Below, in pieces: positions 22,135 to 36,217 of a stretch of 64,000 nucleotides of DNA. Under the pieces are notes generated by a model. That model saw only the letters and a program-made list of their open reading frames with translations. It did no database searches and was not told the DNA's origin. The position numbers and the translations under genes were made by a program. Numbering within the stretch: the stretch's first letter is position 1; each line of letters opens with the position of its first letter. This DNA comes from Antedon mediterranea (lineage: Eukaryota > Animalia > Echinodermata), in contig NC_092676.1 in NCBI RefSeq assembly GCF_964355755.1, forward strand, positions 3,635,888 through 3,699,887. Reading direction: 5' to 3'.

Positions 22135-24553
22135 TTAAGATTGAAAACCCTTATTGTCCATAGCAGGACCGGATACAAACGATGCCATTGATTTTTGCGT
22201 GTGCTCATGGACAGGGAAAAACCAGGATCGCAGAACGCCGACATATCGACTGCGCATCGTAAAATTCTCGCCATTGGCGGCGTCTTGTTCTTTCATTTTT
22301 AAAGCAGCTCGTCGGATTACGACAATACCCACTATAATGAGTACAATAAGAACTAGTGCGATAATACCCATTGTTACCCCAATAATGGTACTATTCGACA
22401 CCTCGGATTTGTTCGAGTCTAAGGCTTCGTTTTCGATATCGTCAAGGTTATTCAAAGGCGTTGTAGCCGGTGTTAATGTCGTGGTTGGTAGTGGTTGAAC
22501 GTTTAGTATCAATATGTCTGACGGCAGAGTTCCAGCAAAGTAGTTCACCCTACATTGGACACTTGCACCGGCATCAGCTAATGTTACGTCACGGATGTCC
22601 ATAGTGGCGGAGGAACCAAAATTCCGGTATGTAATGCGTTCGTCATTCGGGTTGATAACGGCACCATCGATGTACCAGGTGTAATCTGGATTTGAAATGT
22701 GAAAGGCTTGGCAAACGAACACAGCGGTGGAGCCAACATCAACGTCGTTTACTCCGCTTATCTCGACTGCTGGATCACCGGTGATGAGCTTGAACGGTCC
22801 GACTGAACAGGTACGAGGAAGGCTCCATAGCTGATGGCTACCTTCGCAGATAAAGACCGCGTCAGCATCTTCCTCTGTGACTTTCCATGTGTGTGTATTG
22901 GTGGTTTCGCTAGGCTCGGTCAAATCTTCACCTCGAAGCCATTTCAGGATAGTTGCTGGAGAACCACCGTTTGACTCGCACGAAAATGTGATTTCTTCAC
23001 CGATGTTGACATGAAGGTTGTCTATGTCGGTCTTGCATTCTGGGTAGTCTCCTGCTGGCGCGGCTAACACCTGCAGGGCTGCTTTTTGAGATTGCAGACC
23101 AGTTTCGCCGCCAAGTACGATGCATTGGTACACTCCGGCATCCTGAGCTTGGACATTACTGATGCGGAGACTGTAGCCATAGTAACCATCTATATTTGTT
23201 GGCACCACAGAATATCTGATTAAAATAAGAAACGGTATAATTAAATTAAAGACATGAAAATTAATAATAAATAAACAATTATACGTAAAATAAACAATAA
23301 TAAAACGAAATCATGGCCTATTGTGGTGTATCTACGCTGTATTGAAACAAACAAAAACATTGCCCGGGCCGTGTATACTGTAATCATGGAGGAAAAAAAA
23401 TAATTATAATGTTATTATTTTTCCTCCATTGTATAATATATATACACGATAATGACACTGATATTTCATATTCTATAATGTTGACAAATGTCAATCCAAT
23501 CACGCAGAAATGTATAATTAAATTAAACAATTAGAGAGGTTATTTTTATCTTGAGCAGCAACGATATTTATAATAACTCTCTTTGAATTGTGTTAACGGT
23601 GTTGACAATTGTAATGAATGAACTTGATGTCAATTGAAACTACGAACCATATGGTATTGATTGTCACCATGGCAATATTAATTAAATACAGTAATAACGC
23701 TAAAACTCTACCATCAACGAATAATCACCCTCATGGTTTAAATAAATATTAATATGTATTATGAATATATTATGTTGCCAGTCATATTATATTTGGTATA
23801 AATGAATCTTTAATTACTCACAGTACAGTATATATATACACATATGTAGGTTCATAATACAATTTATACCATAAGATAAGATAATATAGTCTAGTAGTCG
23901 AAATATATACTGATATTGTACCAGGTTGTATTCTTAAGTGCTAAAGTACAGTAAGTTTCCATTAAGTTGGTGCTAAATCTACTAAAGTTTGGGACTTGTA
24001 TCCACTCAAGGACGTACGCGCAACACAATTTGGCCAATCACATGCGACGGAGCATTCGAATTGTCCCTTGTGATTGGTCAAATTAAAATATGGCGCTGGA
24101 CGTAGATCAGCCTGACGTAGATTTTTGCGTTATTAGTTGGTACCAAAATGTAAAGATATTATAATGATTTTGAGACAAGCCTGGTATAGGCCCTTCCTCG
24201 TATAAATAGTACTAGTAGCCTACTGGTCGGGATCTGTTAGGCCGATACTATAATTAATGGTCTTAAAAACTGTAAAATAATGATAAATACAGTTATATAA
24301 AGTAAAATAGATACCTTTTGTATTGAGTGGAATCGCCATCTTCACCCATAACATGGGAAAGTATACTGTGCTCCTGGGTAATGAGAATCGAGTCTTTAAC
24401 CCACAAATGGCTGCCATGATCCGAATTCAAAACGCAACTCAATGTCACATCTTGGCCCACATACGCGGTGGTGTCAGTTGGTTGCGAGATAAAATCTTGC
24501 GCAAAAGACACAGACACAGTCAGGAGAAACAATCCAAGGTTCCGAAAGCCCAT
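22135..24553 (-). CDS. Two-exon 3-Ig type-I membrane protein (KIRREL/CADM/nectin-like), 439 aa; exons 24553-24315 and 23215-22135
   Basis: Signal MGFRNLGLFLLTVSVSFA. A GT-AG phase-2 intron joins ..QYKR|YSVVP.. and the total is 1320 nt. DAGVYQC motif, TM IIGVTMGIIALVLIVLIIVGIVVI, short tail with a single Tyr. Confidence 0.88.
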
Positions 24554-26899
24554 CTTTGACGCAGAAATTCCTCCTGTTTTCACCAAACGATTTTCCGACT
24601 GTAGCTTTTTCCAGTCTATGTCAACTGTTGCGCTTGGGCGTTGGTAATTTGCATTTGTGACTAAGAAAAGGTATATTGTGTTTCCCAAACGATCGATTGT
24701 CGACATTGAATGGGGTAAGCCATGCGTTCAGTGGCTGTAAGCTTCATATTTGCAAGAGAAACGACACAGCTAACCCTCATTGGACGGCATTGATCAGGCG
24801 TGAAACATTCTTCGGATCAGAATCGACCCCTCTCAGGGCGAATTCCATGTACCATCAAGTACCATGCCTCGAAGTGAGCTCTTTATATATTACGGAGCGC
24901 CGGAATTGTAAACCTCCAAACAAATTTAAACAATTGATATAAAATTCAAGTGTGGTTTGGATTCAATGCCAAATAGTACGACAACAAAAGAGGAATTTCT
25001 TTACACCTTTTGTGCTCACAAAGGAATTTTTGTGTAGAAACATATTAAACTAAGCACATATTGAATTATATACAAACACTTGTAGGTAGTATTCTAGCAT
25101 GTCATTGTTGTAAACACAATTTGAAGTCCTCGTCGTAAACCGCATAATTGCAACTGTTATAGCAAAAACATCTGGGAATCGATTTTTATTGAAAATTAAA
25201 CTAATTTTGTGGTTAAATTATTGTCCAATAAGGGTCAAGTATTGTGTCTACCACTTCCAGTAGTTAAAAATACTTTTCTTGTTTATAATACTGTACAATA
25301 CTTTTATTTTTATTTTTTTATAGTAAAAATATGCAATTTTAGTGTAGGCCTAACTATACACATATCATCATTTTAGCTTTTCAGCAGAGTAACAAATCTG
25401 ACGTTTTGTTGCTACTTTGAAAATTTAGTTTCTATCCACAACTAATCACGTCACAACTTTCTCTTCAAATATCTACACATACAAATTTACATAATCATTT
25501 AACATTTGAATTCGACCTTACAGAGAAACGGATTATAAACGACTATGAGACTGAAACTAGAAATAAAACAGAAGAGGCAGAATTAAATTACATTTTCTCC
25601 ATTATATTTAATAAATAAAATATGTTTATGATAAAGTGTTCTTTGTGTAATTAATTTCCAATAGCAACTTGATCGTTAATACGGTAAAATGTATTTAAAA
25701 AATGTAGTTCTTGTAAAACATATTCACGCAATATTAACATTTTAAATATTTAATAGTCAAGTTATAAGCCAAAATATGTTTTAAAATAGCGGCCATCTTG
25801 GATTTCAACATGGTGGCTGAAATAGAATATTTACAACTTTAATAACAATATTATATTTGGAATCTTCAGTATCACAAACATGGGTATAGAAACCATTTTT
25901 AACTTGCTATGTCACTTAAAAGTCAAGTTATAAGCCAAAATAAGTCTGAAATGGCGGCCATTTTGTTTTTCACATTTTAAGGGTGAAGATCTAAAAATTG
26001 AGCCGGGTAAACAGCACATTTAAATTCAGCACCCCGAAATTACCCTAAAACACATGTTTTTCGCTTTTAACACGAAATGCCTACAGCATTTCATTTTTCT
26101 CAGATCTGGACTAGTCTAACATAGAGATATTATAGTTCACTATAGGCCTAATAAATATCTCTGTAGTTAACTTGCTATGTACTATTGTGTTTAGACAATG
26201 CAGTAAAGTTGCTTATAACTTTTGTGGTGAAAATATCTAACAAATAAAGCATTCTCTTGGTCAAATTAAGATATTTGTCAACATGAGATTTGGAACTTTG
26301 AACTGTTCAAACCTCGTATGTGGTATTATATCATAGCATAATGTTACCGTAGTGTAGTCCATGTACATTTTATTTTTTCGTAGGCCTATTTAATTATGTT
26401 TGTTTGTTTGTTTTATTAGTTTCTCCACACATTTTAAAATAAAAGATAAAAATTGCAAAAAGAAAATTACAATAAACAAGAAAAACATCAAAAATGTGCG
26501 GATGGAGGTCAAAATAAGTTGCGGACAACTTGAAGTCGTGACCACCAGTTAAAAAAAAAATAATGAAGGTGTACAATAGCAGTCCGGCTGCGATCGCAGT
26601 CCGGCTTACATTGAAAATTTAGTATTAAAATTATAGTATTGTTACTTTGTATTATACAGTATAATACCTTTCAGTTCTCAACCATTTCTACTTCGTTAAT
26701 TTATAGGAGCCTGGCGTCAAGTTTTCTTCCTAAAACTTACAAACATACAAATTACAATGATGCTTTCGAACTTGTTCAATAATAATAATAGTAATAATGT
26801 ATTTTCAATAAACGGAATTAAACGTACTTTATATACTGCACATAGCATACAGAATAATGTGTCAACTACTGGTATCTCTATTCATATCAACATTTCAGC

Positions 26900-27375
26900 A
26901 AGGGGTATTGAGGAAGGGTGGGGGTGGTGTCTTGGAAGTGGTGTCGGGGAAGAGAGAGGGGAAGGGGTGCCAAGAAAGGGGGATGTCCAGGAAGTGATGT
27001 GGGGGAAAAGAGAAGGGGGAGGGGTGCCGAGCAAGTGGGTGTCGAGGAAGTGGTGTCGGGTAAGATAGAGGGGAGGGGTTGATTGATTGATTTTATTCGA
27101 TATTCATAAAAATAGTTAAAATATACAATGTAGATATTAAAAAAGAATACCAGGATAACCCATTAAGTCTACAAATAAAAAGTAAACTTATTTCCAATGG
27201 GTCTAATCCGTATTAACGGGAAAAGTGAGTGGTTGGGTCTAGTACAATATGATTAAGTTAGGTGCCGAGAAAGGGGATGTCGAGGAAGTGATGTCGGGGA
27301 AAAGGGAAGGGGGTGTCAAGAAAGTGGTGTCTGGGAAGAGGGAACGGGTGTCGAGGAAGTGGTGTCAAGGAAGAG
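26900..27375. repeat. G/A-rich degenerate tandem repeat (GAGGAAGTGGTGTCGGGGAA) interrupted by a retroelement tail at 27079-27205
   Basis: Repeat units are visible on both sides of an insert matching 1358-1480 in reverse. Confidence 0.65.
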
Positions 27376-27961
27376 GGTATCTAGGGTTCGAAATAAAGTA
27401 ATTTCCTCCTGAAAACCACAAATAAGCCCAAACTATAAATTCCAGAAGCGGAAGCGAAAATTCCTTTAATATTCTTAGCTCTTGACAAGTCTATGCCTAG
27501 AAAATACACCGTTTGTAATCTTTGCCCTAGCAAAGTGTGTGTTGCATTAGTAAAAAATTCACAATACTATCGTACGTACTAATCCGTGTCTAATGGAGAA
27601 AAACAAAGTACGTCTGTTCTGGAGTGTTGAACTCAATATGGCCTCAACTAACAAAGGATTTCCAAAAGGTCATTAAACTAATTCATTCACGGTACTACTA
27701 CAGTATTAAGTATTGACCAATTGGTCAACTTTAAAAGGTACTCAAATGCTCAAAACAACGGAGGAAACTAAATACCGTAACGGTATAACGAATTTCGTAA
27801 AGTAAAGAACGTCAAGGAAAACGAACTAATATCACAGACGAAATGCTTTCACATGCAAACGAGAAATCTCAACTTATATCTCCATGGACAACAAACTGAT
27901 TATTATTATTATTTTTAATATTCTTATTAATACCACAATCCGAATTCATGAACGGACACCC

Positions 27962-28256
27962 ATCTCGTTTGAACGAATTACTAATTCGTTTGAACGAATT
28001 ACTAATTCGTTTGAACGCATCACTAATTATTCGGTTGAAAGAAATACTAATTAGTTCGAACGAATGTGTCGTTTAGTTGAACGAATTACTAGGCCTAATT
28101 CGTTTGAACGAAGTATGAACTCGTTTGAACGAATTAGCAATTCGTTTGAACGGATTAGTAATCCGTTTAAATGAAGTCCGAATTCGTTTGAACGAAGTAT
28201 GAATTCGTTTGAACGAATCACTAATTCGTTTGAACGAAGTACGAATTCGTTTCAAC
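27962..28256. repeat. About 21-bp minisatellite AATTCGTTTGAACGAATTACT
   Basis: About 13 tandem imperfect, quasi-palindromic units. Confidence 0.85.
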
Positions 28257-29129
28257 CAACACCGGTAACAAATACAAATATACATTACGAATTCTTTTGA
28301 CCGTAGCTAGATCTATGAACAATAATTTTGAATCGATTCCTGATCTTTAAAACGGATTATTAAGTCATTGTTTTAAAACGAATTTATCATTACCGCTTAC
28401 GTGTAAACGGAAGCTATTGAGACCATCCCAGTCAGCTACCTTCCGTTCACATTGCTTACGGATCATTTATCACATTTTTACAATTTACTTCCTTATAAAT
28501 ATATATATATATATATAATATTATTTTTATGTATCGCTCTATTTTACTGCATCATGTGTTAGTAAAACACAAAATCTAGCCAATAAAATTCTTTCAGTAT
28601 CGGTTTTATATAAACAACGTCGTCAATTTAAATAATTGATGTGACAAAAGAAACTGCAACAAATATTTAAAAAAAAACTATTTAAAAAAAAACAAGGCCT
28701 ACATATAAACAACGCCCAATGACTGATTCTAATTTCAAACCAAACCCTAGCAAGTATAGTGTTGCTGTTATAGGCCTATTTTGGTCTACGTTAATTCAAT
28801 GACATATTGATATGTGTAGGCTATCCTTCATGAGGAAAGGAACGCCGGAGGAATAAAAAAGGACCATTATACCATAGAGATATTATATACTATAATATCT
28901 CTATTATACCAATAGCCTCCGAGATCTGCGCCAATAGAAAACAAGTTCTTCAGAATTCAAATTTATGGCGTTTTGGAAGAGAAAAGGGGAAAACCCATAT
29001 TAACAGCTATAACCTTAGACTAGAAACCGGGCGGTGGTCAAGCACTTCAATCAATGATAAATGCGGCGATGTGCAGACGGAGCTTTACGCATTATGTGAT
29101 TAAAAAAAAAGTTTTACCATATTTAATGA

Positions 29130-29345
29130 GGGTGATCCATCCAGCAATTGCTGATCATTAGGGACCCTCATAGGTTCACAAGACAAACATATACACAAGA
29201 TGCTCTACATAAACAAAGTCTTATTACAAGTCTTTTGGAGTGGAGTTGTAATTTTGTCCGATTAGAAAAAATCCTGACATGTGACGGGGACTTGAACCCA
29301 GGACCCAGGAGTGGTAGCCAAGCATCATAACCACCAATGCCCATT
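29130..29345 (-). mobile_element. tRNA-headed SINE-like repeat
   Basis: Minus strand has GTGGTTATGATGC...GGGTTCAAGTCCC (A/B-box-like). The body segment recurs inverted at 37195-37240, ahead of a poly(A) at 37294-37327. Confidence 0.5.
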
Positions 29346-31581
29346 TACTGCACACACACGCCAAAATTAATTAATTCATAATTGCCACAGCCTTGTGATT
29401 TTATTTTCTATTGAACCTTCATTAACTGTCAAAATTTGTCTTCAAAGTTCTTTTAGTTAGTGAAAAAATTATCTAAGTTTGTTATTGCTATTTTCATGCT
29501 TGTACCGTACTATTTGTGTGTTGGACACTGTTATCCCCAATTGTCTTTAAAGAAATAATAATGACAGGATATATACTGAAGTTCGGAATTTGTGAACTTA
29601 AGTACTGGTACAAGAAGATAGTGAAAAAAAACGTAATAACGAAAACAAAAATCAACAAAACAATATTGCCGAATATGGAATATCAGACCATGACAGGACA
29701 TTGACGAAACATTACCACTTCACATGGCATTTGACGAATAAGGAAATACATTATTTATTGTAAACCACAGAAGGAAATGATAGGCCTCTTAAGTAGTGGT
29801 TTAAGAATACGGAAGTACAGGAAATGATTGGGTTCATCATTATCTTTAAAGGGGAACACAATCAAAGTTTTGTTCTATGATTCAACGAAAAACTATTTTT
29901 TTTAAATGTTATTATATCTTTTAGGCACATGTGGTCAAGGATTACAAATAGTATCTTTAAAGGGGAAAACAATCAAAGTTTTGTTTGATACTTCAACGAA
30001 AAACAAATTTTAGATAATTTTTTTATTTTATTTTAAATCTTTTAAGTACATGTGGCTAAGAATTACCAATAGTAAATCAATCACTGTCCTATCAGATATG
30101 TGGTAATTAATGGGTTCATCATTATCTTTATAAAAAATATATATATTTTTGTTATTGTTCTTTTTTATATCTTTTAGGCAAGGATTACCAGGGAAGAGTG
30201 AAATTACACCATGGAGTAATACTGTATAATTATTACTACCAATAGCAAATCAATCACTCTCCTATCAGATGTAGGTGGTAATCCCCCTGATACACAGGAT
30301 ATTTAGTGTACCTGTTTACCGGGGTAACCCCTACTCGTCTCGAATGATGAACTGTGTTCTTTGAACATAACGTTCGGGGATTTCAAGAAAATGTTGAGAT
30401 AAATTCCATAATAATTGTAAAATAAAACTGTATACCGTTCTATTTACAGAGAGAACGCCAAGACTTTATCAATTTTGAAATCATTTATTTTACTTTATTC
30501 ATTTATATATTCTTGTACTTTTTATAAATTATTTCAATAACAAAAATAATAGAGTGAAAGAGTGCAACATCAATACTATTTCCTTTCCATAAAATAATTC
30601 GTTATTTTATTGCAATAAAAATATTGTTTATGAGCTATAAGTTATTTTGGTAATTTCAGTTTCGTTTCCTGCAACAACACAACAAAGACTACATTCAATG
30701 ATTAGCTAGCTCTCAGAATTCTATTTATATATATATTAATATGTTGTGTTTAGTTTTTTTTTCTGATTAAACCTCAACATTGATTAACATTACTCAGAAG
30801 TAACAATGGGTACAGTCATAAGATTGGTTTTAAATATAGAGTCGAAAAGATTTTATTATTATTTTTATAAACATTTACAGAAATTCTAAACCACCAGGTG
30901 ATATACTAAATATTAAGTAATTAATTTGAAACAATAAAGAAAAAAGATAAGGAAATCTGTGAGAATGAGAAAAATCCACCACAACCAAGATTCGAACTCG
31001 GAACCTTCTTCTTGATATATGTTCTTAACCATTCGACCACTGAGGCATAGTAGTGCCATCAGAAAACATTTCGATTATTTTTCAAAAACCAGATTCAAGA
31101 TCAAATATAGGTATGACACGCTATGTGTGCCAAAATAAGAATATTAGTTTCACCCACCGTTAAAAGAATATTCTACCACCAGTATTTAATTAAAAACCTC
31201 CACAACCAATGTTGAGGGAAAGGGGGAATTGTTTTCTAATAAGACTGTATGAGTTGCTAATAAAAATATGTAATTAGCACTGTGAACAGGGATGGGGTCA
31301 GCCTGCTGAGCATGCCCACTAAACCCATTCTGTAGCCTCACAGCGTAAAAAAAGGAGGAATGTTTGTTGATACTATTGATGCCTTGTTACTATCATTTTG
31401 AGAGAGAAAAAACAATTGCTATTGTACAGCACAGCTGTGTTTAAAGATAGTCCATAAATCATCACTCATATCAATATATTGTTGTTTAGTATATCAAAAT
31501 CTACTACCGCCCTCTATATCTGTTAGCACCATTTAGCACACTTATATTCAACTACTCATGCATTGATACTACAACCTGAAC

Positions 31582-33282
31582 CTATGAATCCAGCGGTACC
31601 GCATCCGGTTGCTTAGGCAACGGAAATGTTATTTTCGGAATATTATTGCATCCTTTAATAATGTCCAACTTTTCCTCCATCGACTTAAGATCATTCGAAA
31701 AAATCCGAAGTGTATGACACGCATCCTAAAAAAAATCAATCGATTTCGGTATGTTTACGAAATAAAAAAAACAACAGTAGTCGTACGTCGTATGATTTAT
31801 CGGTTGGTTTAAGTGAGTCAAGTGGCCGAGTGGTTTAGACAGGGGCGCTGAAAACCATAGTCATAATGTCGATAGAGGTTCAAGACTCTATTTGACAATA
31901 GTTCTGGTTGTAAAACAAGTCTGCTCGGATAAGGACTTAAAACTGTATGTTCAGTGTACATATCTGGTTCGTGTGGATTTTAAAGAACCTAGTACATCTT
32001 TTGGAAAGAGTAGACCAGTGTTCTGGTCCATTTTCAGGCCTTGTAGTTTATCACTGTGTTGGGCTAGCACCACAAACAATTGAATATACTTTATTACAAA
32101 AACCTTAAGAATGTACGTTCCAATGTGAAAATGAACTAATTACAGTATAGACATACTTTATGTATAAGTCCACAGTCAAAATGTTAAAGGTGTATACAGT
32201 ACTTATATACGATACGTTAGTATGGTAAATTTAAATGTTTTCACCTACCTGAATAACAGCTTGTGTTCGAGAGAGTTGCTGACTTGAATGAGAAAGATCC
32301 TTACGAGCATTTTGAAACGCCTGCGAGATGACTTCATTCATATCTCGATGCAATGCAATGTTTCGTTCGCGTAGTTTTCTGTGTAACAGCGTATCATACT
32401 TTGGGAGATCTCTTTCTAGGTTTTTAACTTGTTTTTGTAAATTTTCAAGCTTTTCATCTGTTTCTGACGAGTTCAATTTAGGACCGGGTTCAACTGTGAG
32501 AAGAAAAAAAAATGATATTACTTAATTCAGTGTTTTGTTCAAGTTAATTTGAATGACCTTTCTAGCCAAAAATTAATGCCTTTTTTAGCCTGAAACAGTG
32601 ATTTTACAACCTGCTTTTTCATGAAACTCCAACAGTATGACATGGCATGTTAATATGAACTGCAATCCAATTTTCAGGCTGAAAAATATTGTTGTAAGAT
32701 CCCATGATTTTCCAGGTTTTCAATGACCCAATGAACTTGAACTCTATATATTGATCTATAGAATGCACTTGGAAATACCTTGTTTAGTAGCAGGTGGTTG
32801 CGTGTGATAACAGGTGGTTGAGTGTGGTGTAGCGGCTGCTGGTACACGATAAACTAATTATAGGTGGTGGAGCTTGGTTGAGCATAAATGTGGGTTGCAT
32901 GCTGTATGTGTGTGGTGTAGTTGGTGCGTGTGTGTAGTAAACTAACAGGTGTTTGCGTATGCTTGTGTGTGGTAGTAGGTGGTACGTGAACGTGGTGTTT
33001 AGTACAATAGGACCCAGATCAAGTACTGTATGTCAGAAAGAACAACTAGAACGCTTTTTAACCTTTAAGTACTGGGAAAGCATTAAGTTGCAGTTTTGTC
33101 TCTTCATGTTCCCAACTTAAATTTGACAATCTATCTTCCTCGTCATCCGTTTCTGGTGCTTCTCCAGGAACGCAAGTGTCATCAATGGACGCAGCGGTCA
33201 GATCTTCTGTAGGACGACGGACATCATCATCCGAGTCCGACTCTAAAGCTTCTCCCTCCACTGCTGTTCTAATTGTAGTCAT
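31582..33282 (-). CDS. BLOC1S3: BLOC-1 subunit 3; exons 33282-33063, 32493-32249, 31725-31582 (202 aa)
   Basis: VPGEAPETDDE and LLHRKLRERN...QQLSRTQAVIQ|DACHTLR motifs. GT-AG junctions keep phase and total 609 nt. Confidence 0.85.
31814..32085 (+). mobile_element. tRNA-derived SINE in a BLOC1S3 intron
   Basis: GTGGCCGAGTGGT A-box and GGTTCAAGACT B-box, then a GATAAGGAC...TAAAGAACC body. No complete cloverleaf. Confidence 0.6.
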
Positions 33283-33899
33283 ACTTATACTAAAAGAAAA
33301 ACAGTAAAAAAAATTAACGTGGCAAAAAATTTAATAAGCAAGTGTATACTACTGCACTAAGTAGGCACTGTAGATTCATGGGTCATACAAAATAGACAGA
33401 CCTGGTCTCTAGGATATACAATATTATATATTATCATAGATAGCCTATATAGTATGTGGTTCAATCATACATGATGATGGTTCAATAATTGCTAAAGCAG
33501 CACTTCCAGTGTGTCCAGGCATCAATCCCCATCATCATTCAATCACAATAAATAGGCCTAATTACATATATCCGAACTCATTATTATAATAAAACAAAGA
33601 TCATACATCCTTATTGAGCTTAATTTGTTAATTTTAACTCACTGAGCTTAGTCTACAATTTATAATAGTAACTTTATGTACCAAGTGAAGTACTATACAT
33701 ACAAATGTAGGCCTACCTAATAGTTGTTATGATTACCCCTAGAAAAGATCACCTAAGTTACTACATTTTTATTGTAAATGTACCTAAACCATTTTAAAAC
33801 AACAAATAAAATATATTTATGATAAAAAATACGTTTACTATAGAGAAAATCGTTGATTTACAAACAAATGTTTATAAAACTTAGCAAATTAACTGAATA

Positions 33900-34162
33900 C
33901 AGAAATTTGTTTTATTATATTTAAAAGTAGCTTAGGTGGTTACATACAAAGATACTATAGCGCCACGAAGTGGCGCTACGTGGCGGCGCTATACGATCTT
34001 TGGTGGTGCCTGCTTCAATCCCATCATGCAATTTGCAAAATGGAGTTAAAAGCGAACAACCGAGTCGTTCCCTCGTTTGTATGCAGATAATTCCGTTTTC
34101 TGATAACTCTAAACGTGTCTGAAATAGTAACGTTCATATATAACATATTTAAGTATTTAAAG
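33900..34162. promoter_or_regulatory. Probable bidirectional promoter of BLOC1S3 and SNIP1
   Basis: Divergent genes about 880 nt apart. A CpG-rich palindromic patch lies at 33946-34003. Confidence 0.5.
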
Positions 34163-35409
34163 ATGTCCAGTAAAAGTCACCACCGTGATTCTTCACCTCA
34201 TCATAGGCATAAACACCACAAAAAACACAAGAAGCGGAGCTCGCCATCCCGCCACCGGCGTTCACGCTCTCAAAGCCCAGAAGAGAGTCATGACCACCAT
34301 CGGCCTAGAAAACACAAGGCATGGCATTTGTTTTCTTGACTTAATTTCAAACATCTCTAAATCTTTTTGATTATGTACTGTATATTTATGTAGGCCTAGA
34401 CCCTCGTTATGTTTTAAAATTATTTGTTTAATACTAGAGACTACTAGCTAGGCCCTAGCTAGCTAGCCTAGCCTAAATATTAAAATGTACAGTACAGTAG
34501 GTAAAATTATTAAATTTATTTAGTATTATTAGTTTAGGCCTAGCCTAGTCCAGGTAGTACAAACTTTAAATTCATTTATTGCATATTACTAATGCTTGAC
34601 ACACCTTTGTATTCCAGATGCGGCACCATGATGAAGAGAGGCATGGAAGACATCGAGAGTATAGTACGTCTCCAAGGAGAAGGGAAAGAGAACACCATGA
34701 CAACAGAAATACACAAACGGAAAATAGAAGAGGTCACAGACATGAAGAAAGGAGTCATCAACCTCCTGTGAGAATAAAACAAGAAAGAGAAGAAAATGAT
34801 GACAGGAGGCGAAGAGATCATAAAAACAAACCAACAAATCCATTCCAAACGTCCGAGAATAATGAGTATGGCCAACCAAACGATGCTAATCAAATGGAAG
34901 AACCCGCTCAACCAAAGCAAGGCCCAGATTTTGGGCTGTCTGGGAAACTTGCGGAAGAAACGAACACATTTAGGGGAATTGTTATCAAATACAATGAGCC
35001 CCCTGAAGCTCGAAAACCTAAGAAAAAATGGCGTTTGTACGTGTTCAAAGGTGCGGAACAAATGCCCGTCCTTCAAGTGCATAGACAAAGTGCGTATTTA
35101 CTGGGTAGGGATAGAATGGTCGCGGACATTCCTATAGATCATCCGTCGTGCTCGAAGCAACATGCAGCATTGCAATTTAGACTCGTAAACTACCAACGAG
35201 ACGACGGCACTACGGGGAGAAGAGTCAAACCGTTTGTCATCGATCTAAACTCCTCAAATGGCACAGTCGTAAATAACGTTAAGGTCGAACCGCAACGATA
35301 TGTAGAACTTTTCGAAAAAGACGTTGTCAAGTTTGGATATAGTTCTAGGGAATATGTTTTGCTTCATGAAAAGACGTCTGTTGATGAGTCGGACGAAGAG
35401 GACGTCTAA
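34163..35409 (+). CDS. SNIP1: Smad nuclear-interacting protein 1 (FHA domain); exons 34163-34318 (probable) and 34618-35409
   Basis: FGLSGKLAEETNTFRGIVIKYNEPPEARKP..WRLYVFK..YLLGRDR..DHPSCSKQHA..YSSREYVLLHE, with an RS/H-rich N-terminus. Confidence 0.95.
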
Positions 35410-36068
35410 AATTATTAAACCAAAGGTGTTGACCAATGACAGATCCTATCCTAGCGAAATATCCCAAAACTGAATACTGGAATTAGCCTTAAAATAAGAA
35501 TCTTGTCATATGTTCCTATTACTGTTGGAAGAGTCTACTATTACTAAGTAATTGTTATTACAATACATAAGTACCATCGAGAAATTACACAATATAGAAG
35601 TGGTTTTCCAATCACACATTACCAAAAAACATTAAATCTATGTTCAGTTCGATATTTTTCAGTAATATAGAATCATCAACATAGAATTTAAACAAATTGA
35701 CACTTAGAAAGTGACAGTATTATCATTACTTATCGACTGAAATAAATTATTTTGAATACCACTAAAATATGTGATTCGCCTGTAGAGTAACCAACTATAG
35801 TTATAATTCTGTTATTTTACTGGTGCACTATAACAATAATGTGCACTATTTTAACAGTCAGTCAAACATTGATTCCAGACTAAATTAATTTTATAATATA
35901 TGTATATTTAGTATGCTACTGTATACAGTATTTAGTAAGAAATATACAAAATTAAGTGAGAAATGAATTAACTTATCTCAATTGTGTGTATAATTTTGGA
36001 AGTGTTGGTGGCCTTAAGTAACTCTAAACCATTATTTTGAAACGTATAACTGCTGATGCATTGTGTAA

Positions 36069-36217
36069 AGCTCTGTCTACACTATCAGAATGGTTTGGAA
36101 AAAAAAGTTGAGATGATGTGCCTAAATATGGTAGTGATATGACATCATCATGTCCATATAATAATGGGCACATCACAATTTGTTTGTCCCATAAAGTTTG
36201 ATAGTGTGGACAGAGCT
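36069..36217. mobile_element. MITE family A copy
   Basis: Same TIR as 19145, flanks TAA/TTA. Confidence 0.82.

Noticed and set aside
25780-26115. Possible one-ended Academ-like remnant ending CTGGACTA
   Set aside because: No matching left TIR or TSD was found.
27962-28256. Quasi-palindromic 21-bp repeats resembling a CRISPR array
   Set aside because: No unique spacers, no cas genes, and a eukaryotic context. It is a minisatellite.
31814-31890. tRNA gene candidate
   Set aside because: A and B boxes are present but there is no proper cloverleaf, and it continues into a SINE body.
34163-35409. Functional link between SNIP1 (reported NF-kB/Smad modulator) and the receptor arrays
   Set aside because: SNIP1 is a conserved housekeeping splicing factor. 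Adjacency alone is not evidence.
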